DNA of 64,000 nucleotides from Candidatus Omnitrophota bacterium (GTDB lineage Bacteria > Omnitrophota > Gorgyraeia > Tantalellales > Tantalellaceae): assembly GCA_043813915.1 (NCBI GenBank), contig JBDRKO010000026.1, positions 66,236 through 130,235 on the forward strand, given 5' to 3'. The translations under genes and the position numbers were made by a program. The notes below the pieces were generated by a model that saw only the letters and a list, made by a program, of their open reading frames with translations, did not search any database and was not told where the DNA came from. This document shows positions 38,945-48,979 of this stretch, one piece after another (the first letter of the stretch is position 1; each line of letters starts with the position of its first letter).

Positions 38945-39143
38945 AGTGTCAGAGTGTCAAAGTGTCAGAGTGTCAGAAAAAAAAGAAGGAAGAGAGACGA
39001 GAAACGAGGAATGTCTTCCCAGTGTCATCCCGAGCGAGCAGAGTGAGTCGAGGGATCTGGATCGCTGGATCGGAAATCTTGACTCTTTGGATTTTTTAAA
39101 TACGTGACCATATTACCATTTAAAAACTAGGAACGGAGAAAAA

Positions 39144-39926
39144 ATGAGAAGACCTATGATCGCGGGAAACTGGAAGATGTATAAGGATATAAGCGAGGCA
39201 ATAGACTTGGCCAACGGTATAAAAAGAGCCGTTTTTGACGTGAGCGGTGTAGATATCGTGATATGTCCGCCGTTCACGAATTTAAGCGAAGTTGGGGAGA
39301 TCTTGACCGAAACGAATATCGGGCTCGGAGCCCAGAACTGTTATTGGGAAAAAGAAGGGGCGTATACCGGGGAAGTGTCGGTATCGATGCTCAAAAGCAT
39401 AGGATGCGGATACGTGATCATCGGGCATTCCGAGAGACGCGGTTATTTCGGCGAGACGGACAAGACCGTTAACGCTAAAGTAAGGAGCGCCATGGAAGGC
39501 GGATTGGTGCCTATCATGTGCGTGGGAGAGACTTTGGAAGAGAGAGAGAACGGCAAAACGCTGGAAGTTGTCAGAAGACAGGTCATAGGAGGACTTGAAG
39601 GGTTGAGAGAGGAAGATCTGGACGGTCTGGTGGTAGCTTATGAACCGGTATGGGCGATAGGAACGGGGAAGACCGCTACGCCCGGGCAGGCCCAGGAAGT
39701 CCATTTGGCGATCAGAACTCTTCTGAAGGAAATTTTTTCAGAGACTTTTTCGTCTTCCCGTCGTATACTCTATGGTGGAAGTGTAAATCCGGGCAACGTT
39801 GAACAGCTTATGTCCGAAGAAGATATCGACGGAGGTCTTATCGGCGGCGCCAGTTTAAAAGCCGATAGTTTTTCGGATATGATCAAAAAAACATCAGAAC
39901 TTTATCAGTGTTCAAAAAAAGGATAA
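39144..39926 (+). CDS. tpiA: triosephosphate isomerase
   Basis: IAGNWKM, IGHSERR, AYEPVWAIGTG motifs. Confidence 0.9.
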   Translation: MRRPMIAGNWKMYKDISEAIDLANGIKRAVFDVSGVDIVICPPFTNLSEVGEILTETNIGLGAQNCYWEKEGAYTGEVSVSMLKSIGCGYVIIGHSERRGYFGETDKTVNAKVRSAMEGGLVPIMCVGETLEERENGKTLEVVRRQVIGGLEGLREEDLDGLVVAYEPVWAIGTGKTATPGQAQEVHLAIRTLLKEIFSETFSSSRRILYGGSVNPGNVEQLMSEEDIDGGLIGGASLKADSFSDMIKKTSELYQCSKKG

Positions 39927-39932
39927 AAAGAT

Positions 39933-40376
39933 ATGTTCATTTCACTTATTATCGTGCATCTCATAGTATGTCTGATCTTGATAGCGACTATACTCCTTCA
40001 GGCCGGTAAGGGCGGAGGGCTTACGGAAGCTTTCGGCGGAGGGGAGACAGCCCAATCGGTGTTCGGGACTCAGACGCCTAAGATACTGAAAAAAGCGACC
40101 ACGGTAAGCGCGATAGTTTTCCTGCTGACATCTTTAACCTTGGGCATGGTTACCGCTAGAAGAAACAAGTCTCTTTTTGACAAGATACGCCTTCCCGAAA
40201 TACCGGTAACGCAGACAGTAACGACCACGACCGCACCCGATGGCACGACAACAACCACTGTTGTGCCTAATGAAACGGGCCCGGCCGCAGTCGAGGGTAA
40301 TGAAAAAGAACTCGAGAAACCGGCTGCTCCGGTGGAACAAAGCTCTGAAGAGAAGGAAGGACCAATAAGCCAATAA
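39933..40376 (+). CDS. secG: preprotein translocase subunit SecG with extended Thr-rich/acidic C-terminal tail
   Basis: LLQAGKGGGL...FGG signature between two TM helices; conserved position after tpiA; about 50 extra C-terminal residues (TTTTAPDGTTTTT...). Confidence 0.7.
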   Translation: MFISLIIVHLIVCLILIATILLQAGKGGGLTEAFGGGETAQSVFGTQTPKILKKATTVSAIVFLLTSLTLGMVTARRNKSLFDKIRLPEIPVTQTVTTTTAPDGTTTTTVVPNETGPAAVEGNEKELEKPAAPVEQSSEEKEGPISQ

Positions 40377-40392
40377 TCAAACGGACTTATTT

Positions 40393-42045
40393 GTGCTGAA
40401 AATAAAAACAAAAACAGTGTTCAAGAGAAGGTCACTACCGATAAGAATGGCAGTGACCTTTTTTTTGTTAATGTCCGCACTTTTAGGGCAATCTGTCCTG
40501 TCGGCTGATAACGCGCGCGGCATAAGCAGCCGGGATGCTTGTGTGTTCTCGGGCATATCCGACGCGCGTATACTTATTCCTATCTTTGCGGACGATTCCA
40601 CTTCCAGTTCTGTATGCAGGATGATATATAACGGCCTTACAAAGGTCGATAAGGACCTGAAGGTCGTGGGTGACCTGGCAGAGAGCTGGGACATCTCCGG
40701 TGACGGTCTTTCTATCACTTTTCACCTCAGGAAAAATATAAAGTGGCACGACGGCACGCCTTTTACTTCCGGAGATGTAGAATTCACTTACGAACGGATA
40801 CTGGACCCGTCTTCCGCATGTCCCTACGTATCCAGCTATTCGGACATCATAGACATAGAAACGGTAGATGACCATACTATAAGGTTCTTATACAGGCAGC
40901 CTTATGCTCCGGCGCTGCTGAAATTCGGGATGGGGATAATCCCGGAACATCTTTTTAAGAACGAGACAGATATAAAAAGGTCGGAATATGCCAGGAAACC
41001 CGTAGGGACCGGACCTTACAGATTTTCAAGCTGGAAAAGCGCGGAATATATAGCGCTTGAAGCGAATGAGGATTATTTCGAGCATGTGCCCTTCATAAAA
41101 CGTTATGTTTATCGGATAGTGCCGGATCAAAGTGTCCAGTTCCTAGAACTATTGAGCGGCAATATCGATTCAATGGACCTCAACCCTTACCAGTACATAT
41201 ACCGCAGTGAGACTCCTGAATTTCTTGAAAGGATAGAGAAATATAAATACCTCGCGCATTCCTATACCTATATAGGGTACAATCAGAAGGACCCGTTATT
41301 CAGCGACAGGAGAGTAAGACAGGCATTGAGCTACGCTTTGGACAAAAAAGAGATCATACGAACGGTACTTCTGGGCTTGGGAGAAATATGTACCGGTCCA
41401 TTTTTGCCGGGAACACCTTATTATGAGAACGACGCCGAGTCTTACGATCACGATCTTGTCAAGGCATCCATACTTCTGCGTGAAGCCGGGTGGTATGATG
41501 TGGATGATGACGGTATACTGGAAAAGGACGGACAGGAGTTCCGGTTAAAGATAGTGACCAACCAAGGAAATCAGGTAAGAGAAGATACGGCGACCATAGT
41601 TCAGAGCCAATGGGCCAAACTGGGTATAAAGGCGGAGGTCCAGGTGATAGCCTGGTCAGCGTTCCTTGATCAGTTCATAGATAAAAAGAATTTTCAGGCC
41701 GTGATACTGGGATGGACCATCCCAGTTGACCCCGACATATATGCCGTATGGCATACGTCCTCGTCCGTTAGCGGCGGATTGAACTTTATTTCCTATTCAA
41801 ATAAAGATGTCGACCTTTTGATCGAGGAAGGACGCAGGGAAATGGATCCCGAAAAGCGGGCCGGGATATACCGTGAGATACACCGCCGGATGGCGGAGGA
41901 CGCGCCGTATACATTTCTGTTCTCGCCTTATGCTACCCCCTGTGTGCAGAAAAGGTTCAAAGGTATAGAACCGGCTCTGGCGGGTATAGGGTATGATCTC
42001 ATAGACTGGTATGTGCCGGAAGATGAAGTGAAATATAAGTTCTAG
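40393..42045 (+). CDS. ABC transporter substrate-binding protein, family 5 (peptide/nickel, OppA/DppA-like)
   Basis: Family-5 SBP length and conserved segments; probable true start ATG 40447 giving a signal peptide MAVTFFLLMSALLGQSVLSA. Confidence 0.75.
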   Translation: MLKIKTKTVFKRRSLPIRMAVTFFLLMSALLGQSVLSADNARGISSRDACVFSGISDARILIPIFADDSTSSSVCRMIYNGLTKVDKDLKVVGDLAESWDISGDGLSITFHLRKNIKWHDGTPFTSGDVEFTYERILDPSSACPYVSSYSDIIDIETVDDHTIRFLYRQPYAPALLKFGMGIIPEHLFKNETDIKRSEYARKPVGTGPYRFSSWKSAEYIALEANEDYFEHVPFIKRYVYRIVPDQSVQFLELLSGNIDSMDLNPYQYIYRSETPEFLERIEKYKYLAHSYTYIGYNQKDPLFSDRRVRQALSYALDKKEIIRTVLLGLGEICTGPFLPGTPYYENDAESYDHDLVKASILLREAGWYDVDDDGILEKDGQEFRLKIVTNQGNQVREDTATIVQSQWAKLGIKAEVQVIAWSAFLDQFIDKKNFQAVILGWTIPVDPDIYAVWHTSSSVSGGLNFISYSNKDVDLLIEEGRREMDPEKRAGIYREIHRRMAEDAPYTFLFSPYATPCVQKRFKGIEPALAGIGYDLIDWYVPEDEVKYKF

Positions 42046-42698
42046 GGGAGAAAGAAATAGAAGTCAGAAATCAGAAGACAGAGGTCAGAAGACAGAGGCC
42101 AGAGGGAAGATAGACGAAGGACGAAAGAAGAAGGACGAGGGAAGAGCTGCTCTCTTGTCATTCCGACCGATTTCTGTGAAGCTTTAGCGAAGCAGAAGAG
42201 CGGAGGAATCTGGTTAAACACAAGAAAGATCCCTCAACTCGTTGCACTCGTTCGGGATGACAGAGCGGGGGCAGGCAAAGGAGATATTGGGTAGAAGATC
42301 CTGAAGGAGAGTCAAAGAGTCATCGCGCTTCGCGCTAGAGTCAGAGAGTCAGGTTGGACCGAGGTGGAAATAGAGTTATGTGTGATGTTATGATGAGGAA
42401 GTGGTTCTTGTTGCTCGTCATTGCGAACTCCGAGCTATGCGAGGGGTGAAGCAATCCCGGATCTTATAGAGATTGCTTCGTCGCCTGCGGCTTCTCGCAA
42501 TGACGGAGTGAGTGCGAATCACGACTTATGCTGTGCCCTTTGCTCTGTGCTCTATGCTGTTAAAGGTTCGTTAAGCAAAGTTACCAGAAACCGGTTACCA
42601 GTTACCAGAAGAACGACGTGATTTGCTGGTTACATGTAACAGGCAACTGGTTACTATTTGTTAGGCACAAATTACCGCTCGCAAAAAAACGATACATT

Positions 42699-43682
42699 AT
42701 GAAAAGCTATATTATCAAACGATTATTTACGATCATCCCCATGATGATAGGGATCTCTTTCATCATGTTCGTTGTTATGCATCTGGCTCCGGGAGACCCG
42801 TCCAGCATGCGGTACGGCATGAACCCTGAAGTCTCAGGCAGTGCCAGAGCTGAATTCAGCAAAATGTACGGGCTGGATAAACCCGTTACGGTGCAGTATA
42901 TGCTTTGGGTAAAAAGGATACTGGCTTTGGATTTCGGGAGGTCGCTCACGGATGATCAGCCTGTTATGAAGAAAATAGCGGAACGTCTTCCGGCCACGCT
43001 GCTGCTTCAGTTCTCATCTATGGTGCTTATTTTCGGTATTGCCGTTCCGTTGGGGATATTCAGCGCGGTCAACAGGAATTCATTTTTTGATAAGGGAACT
43101 ACGATCCTTGTTTTTATAGGATACGCGACGCCGTCTTTCTGGCTGGCGCTTCTTATGATATTACTTTTCGGCGTAAAGCTTCAGTGGCTGCCGATATCGG
43201 GTATGAACCCATGGTATACCGAATATATGAGCGATTTTGATAAAGCTAAGGATCTTATCCGGCACATGATACTTCCTGTCACGGCCACGGCCTTCGGCTC
43301 CTTAGCGGCCTTATCCAGGTATTCAAGGTCCAGCATGATAGAGGTCATGGAAGAGAAGTATATTCTTACGGCAAGGGCAAAAGGTCTTACCCGCGGAAGG
43401 ACAATATTCGTGCATGCTTTGAAGAACGCGTTACTGCCCATGGTGACGATAATGGGATTATCCTTACCGGCCCTTATCTCGGGAAGTTTTATTTTTGAGA
43501 CTATTTTTTCATGGCCCGGGATGGGGCGTTTGGGATATGAGGCCGTGATGAACTATGATTATCCGGTCGTCATGGGAGTGGGTATAATCGCTACACTACT
43601 GACGCTTATAGGTATTTTTGTTTCGGATATACTCTATGCGGTAGTTGATCCGAGGATCAGACTGGATATAAAAAGGGGCTAG
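42699..43682 (+). CDS. ABC peptide transporter permease (DppB/OppB-like)
   Basis: 6 TM, EAA-like loop ...ARAKGLTRGRTIFVHALKNA; ORF-track 5' extension runs through repeat family A. Confidence 0.8.
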   Translation: MKSYIIKRLFTIIPMMIGISFIMFVVMHLAPGDPSSMRYGMNPEVSGSARAEFSKMYGLDKPVTVQYMLWVKRILALDFGRSLTDDQPVMKKIAERLPATLLLQFSSMVLIFGIAVPLGIFSAVNRNSFFDKGTTILVFIGYATPSFWLALLMILLFGVKLQWLPISGMNPWYTEYMSDFDKAKDLIRHMILPVTATAFGSLAALSRYSRSSMIEVMEEKYILTARAKGLTRGRTIFVHALKNALLPMVTIMGLSLPALISGSFIFETIFSWPGMGRLGYEAVMNYDYPVVMGVGIIATLLTLIGIFVSDILYAVVDPRIRLDIKRG

Positions 43683-43762
43683 GATCTGGAAGTCAGAAGG
43701 TAGGAGAGCTCTTAATAACTGTTCACTTTTCACGACTCACGAATTACGAATTACGACCAGTC

Positions 43763-44575
43763 ATGAATAAACGCATAATATTCGGTATTACGATCATTTT
43801 AGGGATGCTTATAATAGCGGTGTTCGCCCCGCTAGTCGCATCTCAGGACCCGCTCGGGATAGACCACGATGCCAGACTTGAGGCTCCTTCTATGCTGCAT
43901 CTTTTCGGAACGGATAGTCTGGGCAGGGATGTGTTCAGCCGCATGGTCTATGGATCAAGAATATCACTGAGCGTAGGTTTTATTGCTGTCCTTATATCTA
44001 TTGTTATAGGCGTTTCCTTAGGAGGGGTCAGCGGATATTATGGAGGATGGATCGACAGTCTCATCATGCGTTTAGTCGAAGTGATGTATTGTTTTCCTAC
44101 ATTCTTCCTGATAATGATGATCATAACCTTTCTTGGACCCAGCATAGTTAATGTAATGGTCGTTATAGGCCTTACAAGCTGGCCGGGGTTATGCCGGCTC
44201 GTAAGAGCTGAATTCCTTACTCTAAGGGAAAGGGATTTTGTTCATTCCGCCAAGGTTCAGGGAGTATCGGATGCCAGAGTGATCTTCCGGCATATACTGC
44301 CAAATGCGATGGCGCCCGTATATGTGAGCGCTACATTGAGCGTAGGGGGCGCTATACTTGTAGAAAGCGCCTTAAGTTTTTTGGGTCTCGGAGTCCAGAT
44401 ACCCGATCCCAGTTGGGGGAACATTTTGACAACAGGAAAGAACTATATTGATTATGCCTGGTGGTTAACGGTCTTTCCGGGCGTTGCGATACTACTGACG
44501 GTGTTAAGTTTTAACCTGATAGGAGAGGGCTTGAGGGAAAGACTGGACCCGAAGCTTAGGGAGAAGAGGGGATAG
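43763..44575 (+). CDS. ABC peptide transporter permease (DppC/OppC-like)
   Basis: TM topology and EAA-like loop SAKVQGVSDARVIFRHILPNA. Confidence 0.8.
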   Translation: MNKRIIFGITIILGMLIIAVFAPLVASQDPLGIDHDARLEAPSMLHLFGTDSLGRDVFSRMVYGSRISLSVGFIAVLISIVIGVSLGGVSGYYGGWIDSLIMRLVEVMYCFPTFFLIMMIITFLGPSIVNVMVVIGLTSWPGLCRLVRAEFLTLRERDFVHSAKVQGVSDARVIFRHILPNAMAPVYVSATLSVGGAILVESALSFLGLGVQIPDPSWGNILTTGKNYIDYAWWLTVFPGVAILLTVLSFNLIGEGLRERLDPKLREKRG

Positions 44576-44760
44576 AGGTCAGAGGATAAAAGAAGTATCA
44601 GAGTGTCAAAGTGTCAGAGTGTCAGAGATGAGCTAAGGAAAAAAGACGATGGACGAGAAAGAGTTTTAAGTGTTATGTGGGATGGAAATAGTTAAAGGTT
44701 AACAAGGGCATAGAGCACAGGGCACAGCGCATAGCATTAAGAAAGACGAAGGAAGAAGGA

Positions 44761-45105
44761 CCCCGGCAGATTTCTTCGAAATCGAAGCGCGGGGGCAGAC
44801 GAAGCGCCGAGGCACCGAGGCACCGAGGACGAAATGTCCGAGGAAGTACTGAGGCCTCCCGGCCGAAGTGACGAAATGTCCGAGGTGGGCAAAACGTCCC
44901 CGTTTTGACGGAAGTCCCGTTTGCGAGGGAAGCAGCCTAAAAGGCGAAGGTGGAAGTTCTGAGGACACTCTTTCCATGGGAGTATAAGCCCTAGTCGAAG
45001 AATGTCCCCAGAATATATTTTTATTTCTGTTCACGCTATACGACATTCGCTATACTCTATACAATATACGAATTAACTGCCATGCCCTGTGCTCTGTGCG
45101 CTATG
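44761..45105. repeat. about 340-bp composite repeat, copy 2 (with internal CGAGGCACCGAGGCACCGAGGAC tandem expansion)
   Basis: Aligns module-for-module with 22668-22960. Confidence 0.75.
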
Positions 45106-45127
45106 CTCTTGAAATGGGTCACTAAAT

Positions 45128-45922
45128 ATGGACAAATTACTTGAAATTAAAGATCTTACCGTGAAAATAGGGGAAAGATACGTTACCGAAAACGTCAATG
45201 TCCCGTTATATGCAGGAAGTATCACGGCTTTGGTAGGAGAATCGGGAAGCGGAAAGACCATTACTGCTCTTTCTGTCCTGAAAATTTTACCCGAAACCGC
45301 GTCTATAGAGAGAGGCGAGATATTGTTTTCGGGAAAGGATCTCTTAAAGACATCCGAAGCGGAGATGAGGGGAATACGGGGAAAACGTATAGCTATGGTA
45401 TTTCAGGAACCTTTTGCCTACTTGAACCCGGTAATGCGCATAGGTGAGCAGATAGGAGAAGTGATAAGGACACATGAGGGCCGATCGAAAAAAGATACCC
45501 TTTCCTATACGGAATACCTTTTAAAGACCGTAAAACTTTCTTCCGATACCGCGTTAAGCTATCCTCATGAGATGTCCGGTGGGATGTGTCAGAGGGCAAT
45601 GATCGCGATGGCTTTGGCATGCGACCCGGAGGTCCTGATCCTGGATGAACCCACCACGGCTCTGGATGTCTCCGTGCAGAAAGACATTCTGGACCTTATC
45701 GTGAAGATACAAAGGGAAAAACTTTTAGGTATTCTTTTTATTACGCACGATCTTTCGGTCGTGAGTATGATAGCTGATAGCGTTCATATTATGAAAGAAG
45801 GCCGTATATTGGAATTCGGGTCAAAGGAAAAGGTTCTAAATGATCCCGGCCATGCCTATACCAGACATCTGATAGCGTGTATTCCCAGGCTGGGAGACAA
45901 AAGGGAGCGGCTAGCGGCATAA
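45128..45922 (+). CDS. ABC transporter ATP-binding protein (OppD/DppD-like)
   Basis: Walker A GESGSGKT, signature MSGGMCQR, Walker B ILDEPTTALD. Confidence 0.85.
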   Translation: MDKLLEIKDLTVKIGERYVTENVNVPLYAGSITALVGESGSGKTITALSVLKILPETASIERGEILFSGKDLLKTSEAEMRGIRGKRIAMVFQEPFAYLNPVMRIGEQIGEVIRTHEGRSKKDTLSYTEYLLKTVKLSSDTALSYPHEMSGGMCQRAMIAMALACDPEVLILDEPTTALDVSVQKDILDLIVKIQREKLLGILFITHDLSVVSMIADSVHIMKEGRILEFGSKEKVLNDPGHAYTRHLIACIPRLGDKRERLAA

Positions 45923-45966
45923 GAAATAATTTAATGCGGGACGGATATGCAGGGAGAGAGTGAGTA

Positions 45967-46695
45967 ATGGTAGAAGTTATCGATGTTAAAAAGTATTTTT
46001 ATAAGAAAGGCTTCTTATTTAGCCGTAAAGGTGCTGTTGCTAAGGCTGTCGATGGTGTGAGCTTTTTTATAAAAAAAGGGGAAACATTCGGATTAGTGGG
46101 AGAGTCCGGATGCGGAAAGAGCACAATAGCGAAAATGTTGGCGGGTATTTTAAGACCGGATCACGGAACTGTGCGTATAGAAGGAGGGGTAGATATGGTT
46201 TTTCAGGATCCGTTCGGATCTCTGAACCCCCGCATGACCATACGCGAGATCGTGGGGGAATCTTTGTACGTAAGGGACGAGGATAGAAAGGAGGTGTCTC
46301 TCAAGGTGAGGGAGACTCTCAATACGGTCAGGCTTGATCCTTCCAGAAGCATGATGAAATATCCTCATCAATTTTCCGGAGGAGAAAGGCAAAGGATAGC
46401 GATAGCAAGGGCTTTGATAAGACGTCCAGAGTTCATAGTGCTGGATGAGCCTGTTTCCAGCTTGGATGTTTCGATCCAAGCCGAAATATTGGATTTGCTT
46501 AAGGATCTGCAATCAAAATTCTCTCTTACGTATCTCTTTATTTCACATGACCTTAGGGTTGTTGAATTCATGTCGGATATTGTAGGAGTAATGAAAGACG
46601 GAGTTTTGGTGGAAACCGCGCCTGCTGAGGATATATACAGCCGACCCGAGCATGAATATACAAAGCATCTGCTAAGCTCAATTCCGGTCATTTAA
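45967..46695 (+). CDS. ABC transporter ATP-binding protein (OppF/DppF-like)
   Basis: Walker A GESGCGKST, signature FSGGERQR, Walker B VLDEPVSSLD. Confidence 0.85.
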   Translation: MVEVIDVKKYFYKKGFLFSRKGAVAKAVDGVSFFIKKGETFGLVGESGCGKSTIAKMLAGILRPDHGTVRIEGGVDMVFQDPFGSLNPRMTIREIVGESLYVRDEDRKEVSLKVRETLNTVRLDPSRSMMKYPHQFSGGERQRIAIARALIRRPEFIVLDEPVSSLDVSIQAEILDLLKDLQSKFSLTYLFISHDLRVVEFMSDIVGVMKDGVLVETAPAEDIYSRPEHEYTKHLLSSIPVI

Positions 46696-46930
46696 ATTGT
46701 GGGAAATGACAGTCAAAATACCTATCACCGGTTTCTAACCTGACAGATCTAACCAGGTTAGCTGCTAACCTGGTTAGAAAACTTAAAAAACTTACCCAAA
46801 AATGATATTGAATATTTAGTAGAAATTTGGTAAACTGGCGGTTCAAATCAGTTCATAGTTGGTAGTTCATAGTTCGTAGCCGGAAGCTAGTAGCTTTGTT
46901 TTTTTGTGACTATAAACTTAATAAAGAAAA

Positions 46931-47044
46931 AACCCGCTTACGCCGAACTATTTAGGTTTCATCTGGCTTCAGCGGGTTAATTCGCACGTATAACTTATAC
47001 CCCTTACAGTTGTATAAGTTATGTGCTCATTAAGGAGAATGTAA
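46931..47044 (+). promoter_or_regulatory. related structured leader upstream of leuC (diverged third copy)
   Basis: cccgct...agcggg hairpin then ttaattcgcacgtataacttatac...tgtataagttatgtgctcattaaggagaatgtaaATG; same architecture and same RBS context. Confidence 0.45.
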
Positions 47045-48325
47045 ATGGGTTATACGATAACGGAAAAGATAATACTTTCTCATGTTCCCGGTCTAAAAAA
47101 GATAGCTCCCGGGGATTTTGTTAAAGCTAAAATAGATATCTGTCTGGGGAACGATATTACAAGCCCTATAGCTATAAAAGAGTTCCGGGATCTGGGCCTG
47201 AAAAAGGTTTTTAATCAGAAACGTATAATACTGGTCCCGGATCACTTTTTGCCTGCCAAAGATATGAAAAGCGCTAACCAGGCTAAATTGCTCAAGGATT
47301 TCGCCAAAGAATTCGGTATAGAGCATTATTTCGAGCTTGGGGAAATGGGAGTAGAACATGCGCTTCTTCCCGAAAGGGGTCTCATTATGCCGGGAGACCT
47401 GATGATAGGGGCGGATTCTCATACCTGTACTCATGGCGCGCTGGGAGCTTTCGCGACCGGCATGGGAAGTACGGATCTGGCCTATGCGATGGCGTTCGGC
47501 GAATGCTGGCTTAAGGTTCCCGAGACCATAAAGATCGAGTTTACAGGCAAGCCCAGAAAATGGGTCGGCGGAAAAGACCTGATATTGCATGTTATAGCGG
47601 ATCTCGGTGTCTCCGGCGCTTTGTACAAAGCCCTGGAATTTACCGGCGATACTATGGAAGCGCTTTCTATGGACGACAGAATGAGCATGTGTAATATGGC
47701 CATAGAAGCCGGCGCGAAGAACGGAATAATAGCGCCGGATAAGATCACCGAAAAATACGTGAAGGAAGCGATAAAAAAATATAAACCGTCGCGAAAGACA
47801 TATAAGCTTGTAAAGAGCGATAAAGACGCTGAATACTCGGATATAAGAAAATACAATGTGTCTAAAATGGAACCGATGGTAGCCGCTCCCCATTTGCCTT
47901 CTAACGGCAAACCTGTCAGCGAATTTAAGAACGTGAAAGTCGACCAAGTGGTCATAGGTTCGTGTACCAACGGCAGAATAAGCGATCTCAAACTGGCGGC
48001 AACGGTGCTTAAGAATAAAAAAGTAAGTCCTGATACGCGTCTTATTGTTATTCCTGCCACACAGGCCGTGTATGCGGAGGCCGTCAAAGAAGGGTATGCC
48101 GAGGTTTTCATACGCGCCGGGGGCACTTTTTGCACTCCCAGCTGCGGACCTTGTCTGGGCGGGCATATGGGGATACTGCACGAGGGGGAAGTCGCTATAG
48201 CTACTACGAACCGCAATTTTGTCGGTAGAATGGGTCATCCTAAAAGTTTTGTATATCTTTCGAACCCGGCGGTGGCTGCCGCAAGCGCCGTAAAGGGGAC
48301 AATATCTCATCCATCCGACTTTTAG
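47045..48325 (+). CDS. leuC: 3-isopropylmalate/homoaconitate dehydratase large subunit, short archaeal type (about 420 aa)
   Basis: Aconitase-family Fe-S ligands (GSCTNGR, PSCGPCLG), short LeuC/HacA-type length. Confidence 0.8.
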   Translation: MGYTITEKIILSHVPGLKKIAPGDFVKAKIDICLGNDITSPIAIKEFRDLGLKKVFNQKRIILVPDHFLPAKDMKSANQAKLLKDFAKEFGIEHYFELGEMGVEHALLPERGLIMPGDLMIGADSHTCTHGALGAFATGMGSTDLAYAMAFGECWLKVPETIKIEFTGKPRKWVGGKDLILHVIADLGVSGALYKALEFTGDTMEALSMDDRMSMCNMAIEAGAKNGIIAPDKITEKYVKEAIKKYKPSRKTYKLVKSDKDAEYSDIRKYNVSKMEPMVAAPHLPSNGKPVSEFKNVKVDQVVIGSCTNGRISDLKLAATVLKNKKVSPDTRLIVIPATQAVYAEAVKEGYAEVFIRAGGTFCTPSCGPCLGGHMGILHEGEVAIATTNRNFVGRMGHPKSFVYLSNPAVAAASAVKGTISHPSDF

Positions 48326-48373
48326 GCTTTTAAGGTCATAGGGAAAAAGATCATCAAATTAAAGGGAAAAAAT

Positions 48374-48859
48374 ATGAAATTAAAAGGAAAAGTATATAAG
48401 TTCGGGGACGACATTAATACCGACGAAATAATACCGGCGCGCTATCTGAATACATCGGACCCGGATGAACTGGCAAAGCATTGTATGGAGGATGCCGATC
48501 CCGCCTTCCCCGGTAAGGTGCAGAAAGGGGATATCATAGTCGGAGGCGAGAATTTCGGATGCGGATCCAGCCGGGAACATGCGCCTATATCCATAAAGGC
48601 GGCGGGAGTATCGTGTGTTATAGCCAAAAGTTTCGCCAGGATATTTTACCGTAATGCCATAAATATAGGGCTTCCGATATTTACCAGTAAAGAAGCTGTG
48701 CAGAAGATAAAGCAGGGAGACCGCGTCGAAGTAGATGTCGATAAAGGGGAAATATCAAAGGCCGATCAGAAAACGATCTTCAAAGCCGAAGTGTTCCCGG
48801 CATTCATAAAAGATATGATAAAGAAGGGCGGACTCATGAAGACCGCCAAAAAAAAGTGA
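48374..48859 (+). CDS. leuD: 3-isopropylmalate/homoaconitate dehydratase small subunit
   Basis: About 160 aa, GENFGCGSSREHAP swivel-domain motif. Confidence 0.8.
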   Translation: MKLKGKVYKFGDDINTDEIIPARYLNTSDPDELAKHCMEDADPAFPGKVQKGDIIVGGENFGCGSSREHAPISIKAAGVSCVIAKSFARIFYRNAINIGLPIFTSKEAVQKIKQGDRVEVDVDKGEISKADQKTIFKAEVFPAFIKDMIKKGGLMKTAKKK

Positions 48860-48979
48860 AAATACCGAAAGAATAAAAAGATCCGTATATTGAAAGTAGG
48901 AGAGGGGGATCACGATATCTTTTGGTCTTCGGTCTTCATGCGGCGTTGTTCTATTTGTGATCAATAAGAAGGGGGATAC

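Noticed and set aside
47093-48310. 405-aa ORF on the minus strand
   Set aside because: Completely antisense to the well-supported leuC gene; composition-driven long ORF with no recognisable motifs. Same for the 244-aa antisense ORF 47482-48216 and the 283-aa antisense ORF 60241-61092 inside argG.
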